Positions 18,787-26,897 of a DNA stretch of 34,635 nt are shown one piece after another (within the stretch, counting starts at the first letter, position 1; each line of letters starts with the position of its first letter). The stretch is from a virus. Lineage: Duplodnaviria > Caudoviricetes. A model generated the notes under the pieces. That model saw only the letters and a program-made list of their open reading frames with translations, was not told where the DNA came from and did no database searches. Position numbers and translations under genes: made by a program. The DNA lies in IMG/VR virus record IMGVR_UViG_3300006065_000009, positions 1 through 34,635 of that record. One strand, written 5' to 3'.

Positions 18787-19250
18787 ATAAAATGAGATTA
18801 AACAATGAGTGGTTCAAAAATATGGAGGACAGGTTTACAAAAATAACACTTAATACAATTTTGGTTGTAGTGGTGTTGGGCATTATGTTCCTTTTATACT
18901 GGAGTCTATGGCCCTATGATATAATAGACTATAAAGTAGACTACTTTGAAATGCAAAAGGACGAGTATAGAGTTGGAGAACCGCTTACATATAGAATAGC
19001 TTTCTGTAAAAAGGGGAGTTATACAGGTACAGTAATAAGAACATTAAAAGATGGAGTCATATATATTTATCCAGAAATAACATCTAGAATATCAGAGGGC
19101 TGCATTGACCAGATAAGTACAACCACCATTGTTCCTAATGTTCCTACCGGTACATATGTATTTAGGAATGAGGTTATATATAAAGTCAACCCAATAAGAG
19201 AAATAAGTTATATAATGGAGAGTAAACCATTTAAAATTATTAACGATTAA
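18783..19250 (+). CDS. Membrane-anchored hypothetical protein of the lysis region
   Basis: N-terminal TM helix and a beta-rich domain with two Cys. Confidence 0.6.
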   Translation: MNKMRLNNEWFKNMEDRFTKITLNTILVVVVLGIMFLLYWSLWPYDIIDYKVDYFEMQKDEYRVGEPLTYRIAFCKKGSYTGTVIRTLKDGVIYIYPEITSRISEGCIDQISTTTIVPNVPTGTYVFRNEVIYKVNPIREISYIMESKPFKIIND

Positions 19251-19252
19251 AA

Positions 19253-20173
19253 ATGGCATACTACAGTTCGCTTTTTAAAAAAGACGATGTTAGGATTACA
19301 CAACAATTTCACGCAGGACACAAAGCACTTGACCTCTCCAGGGGGGTGGTAAGACAACCTATCTACTCGGGAGCTAAGCTAGGCAATGGGGTGGTTTCTT
19401 ACACAGCAACCTCGTACGGTACTTACACTAACACTTGGGTGGTTTACATTAAGTACGACAACGGTATGACTTGCAGAATGTTTCATGGACAGGTTAATGA
19501 CGCAGTGGTTAAAAAGGGAGACAGGGTCTCGCCTGGACAACAAGTTTATAGAACAGGAAACACAGGAAACAGTTCCGGAGACCACCTACACTATGTATTA
19601 CTAGACAAGAATGGAGTAGCAATAGACCCAACCCCGTGGGTAATTAACGATAACGTTGAGGACTTCAAAAAAGGAGATGTTGTAATCTTCACCGGGGTTC
19701 AGAACATTAGAAGAGCAAATAAAATTGACCCAGAAAACATCACAGGGAAAACTAGTATCGAACAGATAGGGGTAATTATAGACGGCCCAAGATATACAGA
19801 TGGGTATGAATGGTGGGATATACAGTTTTCAGCTGGAGGCACAGGGTGGGTAGCTAATGTGGGAAAATTTGAAAAGTATACCCCGCCAGTAACTCCAGAA
19901 CCACCTGTTATTGTAGAGCCTCCTCAAGGGTCGGAATACGAAAAAAGGGTACAGGTTGAGAGGGTTAAGTTTTTAGAAGAAACGCTTTTGGACAGGGAGG
20001 GAGAATTAAAAGAGGTTGAGGAAGCCTTGGCCTTTATGACAAAGGACAGGGATTTTTGGAAAGGTGGGCATACTAAAGTTGTGACAGAGTTAAATGAATT
20101 AAAGAAATCAAAAGGGAAGAACTGTTTTAGTCTTCTCGTAGAGAAAGTTATTAATCTTTTAAAGAAGAAGTAA
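19253..20173 (+). CDS. Endolysin: M23 peptidase + SH3-like domain + coiled-coil tail
   Basis: HKALD, MFHG, GNTGNSSGDHLHY (M23 HxH); DGYEWWDIQF...GWVA (SH3b-like). Confidence 0.85.
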   Translation: MAYYSSLFKKDDVRITQQFHAGHKALDLSRGVVRQPIYSGAKLGNGVVSYTATSYGTYTNTWVVYIKYDNGMTCRMFHGQVNDAVVKKGDRVSPGQQVYRTGNTGNSSGDHLHYVLLDKNGVAIDPTPWVINDNVEDFKKGDVVIFTGVQNIRRANKIDPENITGKTSIEQIGVIIDGPRYTDGYEWWDIQFSAGGTGWVANVGKFEKYTPPVTPEPPVIVEPPQGSEYEKRVQVERVKFLEETLLDREGELKEVEEALAFMTKDRDFWKGGHTKVVTELNELKKSKGKNCFSLLVEKVINLLKKK

Positions 20174-20259
20174 TGAGGGAATTAGCACCGTTTTTAATGT
20201 TGTTTCTAGGGGATTTATTTATTTGGTTTGGATTTTATTTATTAGTAAAAAGAAAATGA
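20173..20259 (+). CDS. Small hydrophobic peptide (28 aa)
   Basis: MRELAPFLMLFLGDLFIWFGFYLLVKRK; TAATG-coupled to the endolysin. Confidence 0.45.
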   Translation: MRELAPFLMLFLGDLFIWFGFYLLVKRK

Positions 20260-20339
20260 GTCCATTTTGGTATTTGTTTTTCGCCCTTGGAATGTTAAGT
20301 TTGTTGTTTGTCTTGGCTTTTTATAGGCCAGAGAATTAA
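20256..20339 (+). CDS. Small hydrophobic peptide (27 aa)
   Basis: MSPFWYLFFALGMLSLLFVLAFYRPEN; ATGA overlap with the previous ORF. Confidence 0.45.
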   Translation: MSPFWYLFFALGMLSLLFVLAFYRPEN

Positions 20340-20357
20340 TTTTATTTATTTATTTTT

Positions 20358-20621
20358 ATGGACAAGTCTAATCCCCTATATGTAAAAGACTACCCTGAGT
20401 GGAAGAAAAACCTTTGGGGTGCAGGAAGGGCATTCTTCGCAGGGTTTGTGTCAGTACTTGCAATTCAGTTGATGAGTATGAATGGAGACCACCTCGTTGA
20501 CTTAGGGTGGTGGTTGAATATTGTTTTAACAAGTTCGTTAGTAGGTGGGCTTGTAGGACTAGGCAAGTTTTTGAGGGATATTTTCCCAGAGAACCCAGTA
20601 CTACAGAGATTGCCTATTTAA
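20358..20621 (+). CDS. Putative holin
   Basis: 87 aa, two TM helices, downstream of the endolysin. Confidence 0.6.
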   Translation: MDKSNPLYVKDYPEWKKNLWGAGRAFFAGFVSVLAIQLMSMNGDHLVDLGWWLNIVLTSSLVGGLVGLGKFLRDIFPENPVLQRLPI

Positions 20622-20700
20622 GTTTTAGTTAGAATGTGATAACTTGTAAATAGGCAACATACCAGTTGGCTAGGCTAGATAAATTTAGACAAGCTACTTG

Positions 20701-20835
20701 ATGAAAACCGTTAAAGTACTCTTATTAGTGTTTTTAGGGGTTGCGCTAGCTGGGCTTGTTTCAATGTTTGTTATAGGGAGGGCACTGTCCCTCCTTTTTT
20801 GTTCTTTGTACATGGGCATATTTAACTTGTTTTAG
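20701..20835 (+). CDS. Small membrane protein (44 aa)
   Basis: MKTVKVLLLVFLGVALAGLV...; hydrophobic; ends 8 nt before the next start. Confidence 0.4.
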   Translation: MKTVKVLLLVFLGVALAGLVSMFVIGRALSLLFCSLYMGIFNLF

Positions 20836-20843
20836 CAATACAA

Positions 20844-21800
20844 TTGAACCCAGAACTAGAAAAAGGAATATACACCTCCAGTAGCGAAGATAGCTTTAAG
20901 TCGGTAGACGAAATACAAAAGCAAGAAAGGGTTAGGGTGACTAAACACTTTCAAGCACCAGAGAATAAGAGTATGCAGGAGTGGTTTGATGAGATAGAGA
21001 GTAGGTCAACATTTAGAAATGGCATAGAAGATAGTGAAGAGTATTGTAAGATAGAAATAGAGAGTGATAAGCCAGTGGTCATTGGGTTGAGTGGAGACTG
21101 GCATTTAGACGGAAATATTGACCGTGATATGCTTCGAATGGATTTGGAAATAATGGCAAAGCATCCACTGATAGCGGGGAATTTTTTACTGGGAGATTTG
21201 TTAGACGCAGCAAACTTCAATCCAGCCCAAGACGAGAGTATTCTTAATTTTGAAGAGCAAAGGCAGGCCTTAATATCCATCTTAGACTATATAGGAAAGG
21301 ATAGAATACTGGGCATGTGGAAGGGTAATCATGACCACAAGTGGGAAAGAAAGCATGGTACAAGTAAGTACTCAGGGTTTAGCCAAAGGTATGAGGCACC
21401 AGTATTCTATGGTAATTCGTATATAGACTTAAACATAAATGAGATTAACTACAAGTTAATGGGGAGCCATAGGTTAAGGGGAAGTAGTATATATACCAAC
21501 GCACACCCTGCCTCAAAAGGACATAGAGAGGTGCAAGGTTTAGACATTGTGTTTTGTGGGCACACTCATAAAAGAGGAGCTACGGAACAGGCCGTGAGAG
21601 AGTTTAAGGGGGCTAGAATGACGCACGCTATTGTGAGTGGCACATACCAGAAGGGGAGCGAGTATACTAAAGACAGTGGGTTTGGTACTCAGCATGGAGC
21701 AGAGCTTGGTATGTACTGGTTAATACTTAACCACGATAAAAAACTGGTTAGGGTATGTGGTACCTTGGAAATGTTGGAAACAGTACAGGGCTATCTTTAA
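20844..21800 (+). CDS. Calcineurin-like metallophosphoesterase
   Basis: GDWH, GDLLD, GNHD, SH and GHTH motifs. Confidence 0.9.
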   Translation: MNPELEKGIYTSSSEDSFKSVDEIQKQERVRVTKHFQAPENKSMQEWFDEIESRSTFRNGIEDSEEYCKIEIESDKPVVIGLSGDWHLDGNIDRDMLRMDLEIMAKHPLIAGNFLLGDLLDAANFNPAQDESILNFEEQRQALISILDYIGKDRILGMWKGNHDHKWERKHGTSKYSGFSQRYEAPVFYGNSYIDLNINEINYKLMGSHRLRGSSIYTNAHPASKGHREVQGLDIVFCGHTHKRGATEQAVREFKGARMTHAIVSGTYQKGSEYTKDSGFGTQHGAELGMYWLILNHDKKLVRVCGTLEMLETVQGYL

Positions 21801-21890
21801 AAATTGAATAGGGATTGACAAAGACACACACAAGATATTTTGTAAAACTTACACCTACAGCCTTGTTGTCAACCCTATTGAGTTTTTAAA
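21796..21890 (+). ncRNA. Candidate stalk-closed small RNA with BoxA-like motifs
   Basis: TTTAAAAATTGAATAGGGATTGACAA pairs with TTGTCAACCCTATTGAGTTTTTAAA around a ~44-nt interior; GCTCATTAACAA follows at 21898. Confidence 0.45.
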
Positions 21891-21932
21891 ACTCAAAGCT
21901 CATTAACAAAAATCCAATTACGGAGGTGTAAT

Positions 21933-22103
21933 GTGGAAACAAAGTTTGGTCAATGCCAAGATTGTCTGCAAGAAAGGGAATGTCCTTTATATCTTTGTAT
22001 AGATAAAGAAGGATTCCTTGTCATCTGCTGTATTGTTTACATGATAAACAACAGCTTAACCATTGTAAGACGAATGGATGATATGTTTGACGACCCAGAC
22101 TAG
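21933..22103 (+). CDS. Small Cys-rich protein (56 aa)
   Basis: GTG start with GGAGGT SD; METKFGQCQDC...CCIV. Confidence 0.5.
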   Translation: METKFGQCQDCLQERECPLYLCIDKEGFLVICCIVYMINNSLTIVRRMDDMFDDPD

Positions 22104-22126
22104 GGGTGTATTGTGGCTAAAAATGG

Positions 22127-22378
22127 TTGGAAGTTAACAATTCACGAAAGAGATTTTTTAAATGCAAGATTTGTGGTAGTACCAAGCTTTTAACAATTCA
22201 TCACAAGTTACCTGTCGCGAGAAAGGGCAAAGGCAATGCAGAAAATTGTGTATGCTGGTGCGCTCCATACCATAGAAATTTTCACAGAAGATGGGGCCTC
22301 ACTGCCTCAGACGATTATGGTAACCCAGTAGGAGAGTACAGGTATGTTACAAGCAAGAAAAAACGTCACCGCAAGTAG
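22127..22378 (+). CDS. HNH endonuclease (possibly degenerate)
   Basis: CKICG...TIHHKLP...G...ENC..WCAPYHRNFH; the last Zn Cys is replaced by Tyr. Confidence 0.7.
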   Translation: MEVNNSRKRFFKCKICGSTKLLTIHHKLPVARKGKGNAENCVCWCAPYHRNFHRRWGLTASDDYGNPVGEYRYVTSKKKRHRK

Positions 22379-22474
22379 TTGGTAAGGGGGTATGTCACAC
22401 ATATCTAGAACCAGAAAAATAGTATAGACAGCCCCCTTTCCCACACCCGTAGTAAGCCTGTAGTAATTTAGGTA

Positions 22475-22503
22475 TTGCATTTTAATTTGGGTTTGTGTAT
22501 CCT
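22475..22503 (+). promoter_or_regulatory. Sigma70-type promoter
   Basis: TTGCAT-17 nt-TATCCT. Confidence 0.35.
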
Positions 22504-22577
22504 TAATTATGACTCGAGCATTAAACAAAACTAAAGAATGTTTCTTCGGGGACAATTTAGTAATACAATCATCTACT

Positions 22578-22609
22578 AGCCATCTCGCAAGGGGTGGCTT
22601 TTGGTTTTT
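22578..22609 (+). terminator. Intrinsic terminator
   Basis: AGCCATCTC-GCAA-GGGGTGGCT followed by a T-rich tract. Confidence 0.65.
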
Positions 22610-22625
22610 ACAACTCTAAACCCTT

Positions 22626-22862
22626 ATGACTAAAACATATTTCAGAAAAAAACTAAGGGCGTATGTATATTGGAATACCAAAGAAGATTCCAACGAGACA
22701 GATTTACAGATGACTATAGAGAAGTGGTTAAAGAAGCACCCAGAGGGTTTGGTTTTTTATTTAGACAACCCAGAGTTATGGTTTAACTCTTTTAAAGGTG
22801 CTACACAGGCAAGAAAAGAAGATTTAGCAATAGTAAGGAATGAGAAGTTAACAACTAACTAG
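22626..22862 (+). CDS. Hypothetical protein
   Basis: 78-aa ORF, last gene of the plus arm. Confidence 0.55.
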   Translation: MTKTYFRKKLRAYVYWNTKEDSNETDLQMTIEKWLKKHPEGLVFYLDNPELWFNSFKGATQARKEDLAIVRNEKLTTN

Positions 22863-22913
22863 GACGGTTTTCTTTAGTGAGTTCTACCGTTAATCCAAAG
22901 AACTGGCTACGGA

Positions 22914-22986
22914 GTATGGTGTATTTAATAAAATCGCAGGCACTGTTCCACTAGCAACAACCTGCGACCTGTTAAGTATACCATAC
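22914..22986 (+). ncRNA. Long hairpin / candidate small RNA at the arm convergence
   Basis: GTATGGTGTATTTAATA pairs with TGTTAAGTATACCATAC (3 G-U pairs); inner stem TCGCAGG/CCTGCGA. Confidence 0.45.
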
Positions 22987-23113
22987 GCCCTGCACACTAC
23001 GCTATATCTAATAACACAGGGGAAGATTATAGCCTATGGTGAGAATCTAGTTAGAAAATAAAATCCGCTTTGCTTCATAACAGGGGTATAGGCTAGTTGT
23101 GTATATACTAAGA

Positions 23114-23551
23114 CTAGATGCAGGAGAAAGAGAAGTGGTTGGTGAAGTCAGAAACATCAACCAGAACCATTTTAGAAGCATTGTAATCTCCTCCAGGTAC
23201 AATACCAAGGTGTTTTCTGTTTGCTTTTAAAAACGCTCTAAGAGAAGAAACCGAAGCCCTTGTATACACCCAGTGGCCATCAAAATAATAAACATGCACC
23301 CACTCATTTGCCCTTGTAGTTGCTAGTCCAGAAGGCTTACCATAGCATTTAACTTCAAAACCAACCCTCCCCGTTTTTTTACTCATACGGTCATACTTAA
23401 CTTCAAAGGAATATCCCTCCTGTGTAATCAGGTCGTAGTCCTTGTTATAACCCTTACAGTTTTTAATTGTTGGAAACTCAGACTTTAGGAGAGCTGTTAT
23501 TTTTTCTTGAACTTTTTCTCCCAGGTCTAAGTCTTCCTTGAATGTTTGCAT
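23114..23551 (-). CDS. PD-(D/E)XK nuclease-family phage protein
   Basis: G..E...YDL...FEVKYD...TGRVGFE...GKPSGL. Confidence 0.7.
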   Translation of the reverse strand: MQTFKEDLDLGEKVQEKITALLKSEFPTIKNCKGYNKDYDLITQEGYSFEVKYDRMSKKTGRVGFEVKCYGKPSGLATTRANEWVHVYYFDGHWVYTRASVSSLRAFLKANRKHLGIVPGGDYNASKMVLVDVSDFTNHFSFSCI

Positions 23552-23987
23552 TGTATTTATTAATAATTCTTGATATGCCTGTCTGACCCATGCCGTACAT
23601 TTTAGCCAATTCTTTTTGAGTCTTACCCTTCTTGTAAAGGGCTACTATAATCTTGTCTCGGTATTCTTTTGCTTTAAGAGAGTTATCATACGGAGTACCA
23701 CGGGTTAAAAACCTTACTACATCTTGGTTTATTTTTAGTTCCTTAGATATTTCTTTACTGGAGAAACCATTCTCATACATTTCTAGTATTTTTGAAAGGT
23801 GCTGTTTGTGTCTTTGTAGAGTAGCTTCTTTTCTTTTCTGCCTCATTTTAAGAGACACTTCTCTCCAGTTTGGCATGGTACGCAACCTAAGGTATACAGC
23901 TTCTCCCGTTACATTGTTTTCTTTTCCTATGTCTTTCACACTTTTACCCTCTAGGTACTCTTTAATAAACCTTTCTGTAGCCTCCAT
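23478..23987 (-). CDS. Multi-HTH DNA-binding protein
   Basis: Three HTH-like repeats (GKSVKDIGKE, GFSSKEISKEL, GKTQKELAKMYGMGQTGISRII). Confidence 0.75.
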   Translation of the reverse strand: MEATERFIKEYLEGKSVKDIGKENNVTGEAVYLRLRTMPNWREVSLKMRQKRKEATLQRHKQHLSKILEMYENGFSSKEISKELKINQDVVRFLTRGTPYDNSLKAKEYRDKIIVALYKKGKTQKELAKMYGMGQTGISRIINKYNANIQGRLRPGRKSSRKNNSSPKV

Positions 23988-23992
23988 TATTC

Positions 23993-24154
23993 TTATTCTT
24001 TTAATAGTTTAGATACTTTAGGTAACATTTTAGTAATCTTCTTCATCACCTCTTTTCTTGTAAAATTAGTATTCAGGTAGTAACTCTCTCCGAGGTTCTC
24101 AAGGGTATACCTGTCTTCCCCTATCCTATTTATAATCAAAATTATCTTCTTCAT
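23993..24154 (-). CDS. Small hypothetical protein (53 aa)
   Basis: MKKIILIINRIGEDRY...KVSKLLKE; fills the gap. Confidence 0.55.
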   Translation of the reverse strand: MKKIILIINRIGEDRYTLENLGESYYLNTNFTRKEVMKKITKMLPKVSKLLKE

Positions 24155-24156
24155 AT

Positions 24157-24963
24157 TTACTTTCCTTTCTCTTTAAGGTTAGATAACTTTTCTATTACAT
24201 CATTTAATGCCATTCCCCTTACGAACCATATATATTCATCTGCTGTCTTGCAGTCATAAATAGTTTTTATGTGTTTATATTTAAGTATATCGCCCTTGTA
24301 CTTCATATCTTTAACTTCATTTAATATCTCTTCTGTCCTCTCGGATAGTAGTTGCTTTAATTCCTCTTTAACAATGGCATCTCCATTACCTGCTGAATAA
24401 TAATTAAAAAGGAACTCTCTCAAATCCTTTAATCTTTCCAATACTTTATCACTATCATCATTACTCCCCATCCCATATTTTTCATAATCCCATATAACAT
24501 CATCTAGCCACCTATGAGTTTTATTTGATAGAAGTGCATCATTTAGAGTTGCATATTTTAACACCTCTCTCCACTCCCCTTGCTTCTCTGGTTCAAGAGT
24601 CATATCTCTTACACCCCTAACACCACACCTTGTACAACGATTATTCAAATCAAAGTCGTGTTCACACTTCTCTGGTTGCTTCCCTGGTTTACTTCCCTTT
24701 TGCCAACTGCAATCCTCTGATTGTTCGTGAACTACCTGTTCGTCTGTCTTCTCTGGTTGCTTCTGGGATTGGTCCGAATGGAATAACAATGAATACTCAA
24801 TGTAGGTAATGTTTCTCTTTGGGTCTGTATCATATCCGTGAATTATTACATCTCCTCCGTGTGTGAGTAAATCTTTCTCAATTTCTCGTACCACCTCGTC
24901 CCAACTCGTTGCACAAAAGTTGTCGTGGTCCATTTCAAACACTAACTTTTCTATCTTCTTCAT
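24157..24963 (-). CDS. Mosaic hypothetical protein A (anchor-segmented; small CxH...CxxC module)
   Basis: Shares six short anchors with 26897..27535. Confidence 0.7.
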   Translation of the reverse strand: MKKIEKLVFEMDHDNFCATSWDEVVREIEKDLLTHGGDVIIHGYDTDPKRNITYIEYSLLFHSDQSQKQPEKTDEQVVHEQSEDCSWQKGSKPGKQPEKCEHDFDLNNRCTRCGVRGVRDMTLEPEKQGEWREVLKYATLNDALLSNKTHRWLDDVIWDYEKYGMGSNDDSDKVLERLKDLREFLFNYYSAGNGDAIVKEELKQLLSERTEEILNEVKDMKYKGDILKYKHIKTIYDCKTADEYIWFVRGMALNDVIEKLSNLKEKGK

Positions 24964-24989
24964 GATTGTTTAAACTTAATATTAGTTTG

Positions 24990-25131
24990 TAGTGGGTAAG
25001 GTTGTCATCCTTTCCCCACAGGTTCTAAATTACGCCTAAGGAGTTTCAAGGCTTGCTGTATATTTATCACTCTTGCGAGTCACCCATCAGCAGACTGTTA
25101 CCTGGACAATACTGTCCTACCCCTTACACAC
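24990..25131 (-). ncRNA. Candidate structured RNA (~140 nt)
   Basis: Minus strand: GTGTGTAAGG/CCTTACCCAC outer stem; GGACA-gtat-TGTCC; CAGGT/ACCTG; TGCTG/CAGCA; ACTC-GCAA-GAGT; GCCT/AGGC. Confidence 0.5.
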
Positions 25132-25141
25132 GGGTAAAACA

Positions 25142-25624
25142 CTATTTCCTGTCTATATTTGAACGAACAAAACTGTCCATTTCACTTTTAATCTTGCTCT
25201 GGCTAAACGATATGAGCCTTGCACAGTCGTCATACAAACTCTTTAACCACCTCGCTTGGTGACTGGCTTTCAATTCCTTAGCCTTAATCTCGTCACAACT
25301 GGCTTCGGCCTGTGCCTTTGCCATACCGTCAGTAATCTTAAACTCGTTTTTCTTTAATCTTAAATACTCGTCTCTGACTGCCGACTTATACTCTTCTCCA
25401 AGTACCTCTGCTTTAATATGTGCATAGTCTTTTAAGTCGCTTAGATTGTCCATTATCTTGGTGAGTGTGAAGATGTAATCTACTAAGGCGTCCATTTTCC
25501 ACTCGTTGATTGGAGTGTCTTCAATCTTCTTTTTTATGAGGAAGATTTTAGAAATAACTTCCGTACTCTCGGTTTCCATTTGTTTCTCTTCTATCTCACG
25601 CATTACCTGCTCACTGTCTATCAT
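25142..25624 (-). CDS. Helical protein, possibly UvsY-like recombination mediator
   Basis: Coiled coil with KITDGMAKAQAE; adjacent to HNH and RusA. Confidence 0.4.
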   Translation of the reverse strand: MIDSEQVMREIEEKQMETESTEVISKIFLIKKKIEDTPINEWKMDALVDYIFTLTKIMDNLSDLKDYAHIKAEVLGEEYKSAVRDEYLRLKKNEFKITDGMAKAQAEASCDEIKAKELKASHQARWLKSLYDDCARLISFSQSKIKSEMDSFVRSNIDRK

Positions 25625-25836
25625 TTATTTTTCTTAATTATTTTATATTCCCTTAAATAAAGTCCTAACTCTCTAGCTTCTTTGATATGGGTGTGCACCC
25701 AGTTGTGACACTCTCTACATAAATACACTACGTCTACTCCCCCCTTACTCTTGGTCACTATATGGTGCCTGTCTAAGTGTACATACTCCTCGCTCTTACC
25801 ACACCTTTCGCACCTTTTTTCGTCTAAAAACCCCAT
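25621..25836 (-). CDS. HNH endonuclease
   Basis: CERCG...LDRHHIV.KSKGG...LCRECHNWVH. Confidence 0.85.
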   Translation of the reverse strand: MGFLDEKRCERCGKSEEYVHLDRHHIVTKSKGGVDVVYLCRECHNWVHTHIKEARELGLYLREYKIIKKNK

Positions 25837-26225
25837 TAACCTACTGTGTAAAAACTTATTTCTAAATATTCTTTTTCACTCTCGCACTTGTACCAACTAC
25901 CACCTATTATTCTACTGTCGTCTATTTTCTCGCCCTTATCGTCTACTACCTTGTTGTGTAGTACTGTGTCTATTGCGTATTTAATCATGTTATGTGCGTC
26001 TCTTTTGCGCACTGACCTGTTCTTAAAATGTAGTGGGTAGTGAAAGATTATTTCTACCTCGTACCACTTACTATACTTAATAACCTTTTCTTTAACTGTT
26101 AAAAGAACAAACCCTTCCCACTCTTTATACTCCTCGGTCTTATAGCCACCCCTTTTAGACATTCTTACTGCCTTGTTCTCTGACACTGGTAGTAAGTCTA
26201 TTTTAAACGTTATTGTGTCCTTCAC
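25836..26225 (-). CDS. rusA: RusA-like Holliday junction resolvase
   Basis: PVSEN...Y..W...RDAHNMIK..ID...IDDSRI. Confidence 0.8.
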   Translation of the reverse strand: MKDTITFKIDLLPVSENKAVRMSKRGGYKTEEYKEWEGFVLLTVKEKVIKYSKWYEVEIIFHYPLHFKNRSVRKRDAHNMIKYAIDTVLHNKVVDDKGEKIDDSRIIGGSWYKCESEKEYLEISFYTVG

Positions 26226-26454
26226 TTCCTTCTTGTGCTAAAAACCATTTTATTTCTTTGTTCATATCTCTAAGTATCTTTATTAGTTTTGGCCTGTGCC
26301 TTGGTGGTAGTGGGCTGTGACCATTCTCCCATATGCTAATGACTGGTGCAGACACCCCGAGTACCCTTGCAAATTGTTTTTGACCCATTCCGCAGAGTCC
26401 CCTCGCTACCCTTAGTAGTACCCTGTCGCTGTATAAGTTTGGTTCTATTTTCAT
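26203..26454 (-). CDS. XRE-family HTH regulator
   Basis: LRVAR...MGQKQFARVLGVS...ISIWENG..P. Confidence 0.85.
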   Translation of the reverse strand: MKIEPNLYSDRVLLRVARGLCGMGQKQFARVLGVSAPVISIWENGHSPLPPRHRPKLIKILRDMNKEIKWFLAQEGSEGHNNV

Positions 26455-26466
26455 TTATATATTATA

Positions 26467-26625
26467 CTATTTTAATTTAATTAAACTCTCATAGGCAGTT
26501 TTTCCACACCTCTTACACTTCAAAGGTTGCATTGGTATTCCCATACTCATTGTATTAAATGGTTCTCCCTCCCCAACAAACCTATGTCCAAACACCTTAC
26601 AAATAAGCCTTTTTACTTTATCCAC
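26467..26625 (-). CDS. Small Zn-binding prophage protein (DUF1660-like, 52 aa)
   Basis: GTG start; RLICKVFGHRF...CKRCGK. Confidence 0.6.
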   Translation of the reverse strand: MDKVKRLICKVFGHRFVGEGEPFNTMSMGIPMQPLKCKRCGKTAYESLIKLK

Positions 26626-26897
26626 TATTCTTCCTCCTTTAATAAATTAAGAAACTCCTTTGTAAGCTTGGAAATATCCTCTAATATATAAACCGCCACA
26701 GCCAAATTGTACTTAGCCCGCTCGTGTCTGTCAGCCAAACTCTCGTACAGGGCTTTGTAGTCTCCATTAAAGTCGCCTGGCATACCCTCCCTACCTATTG
26801 CGCTAGGACACCTTACCCCCTCTTCTTCAGTGTAGTATCTACCACATTTCTCCCAGACCACACTTAAAAACTCCTTTATATCCTTATTCCTTTCCAC
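26625..26897 (-). CDS. Hypothetical protein
   Basis: TAGTG-coupled ORF. Confidence 0.6.
   Translation of the reverse strand: MERNKDIKEFLSVVWEKCGRYYTEEEGVRCPSAIGREGMPGDFNGDYKALYESLADRHERAKYNLAVAVYILEDISKLTKEFLNLLKEEE

Noticed and set aside
25040-25100. Hammerhead ribozyme (CTGATG...GAAA on the minus strand)
   Set aside because: Core reads CTGATGG, and GAAA is not positioned after stem II
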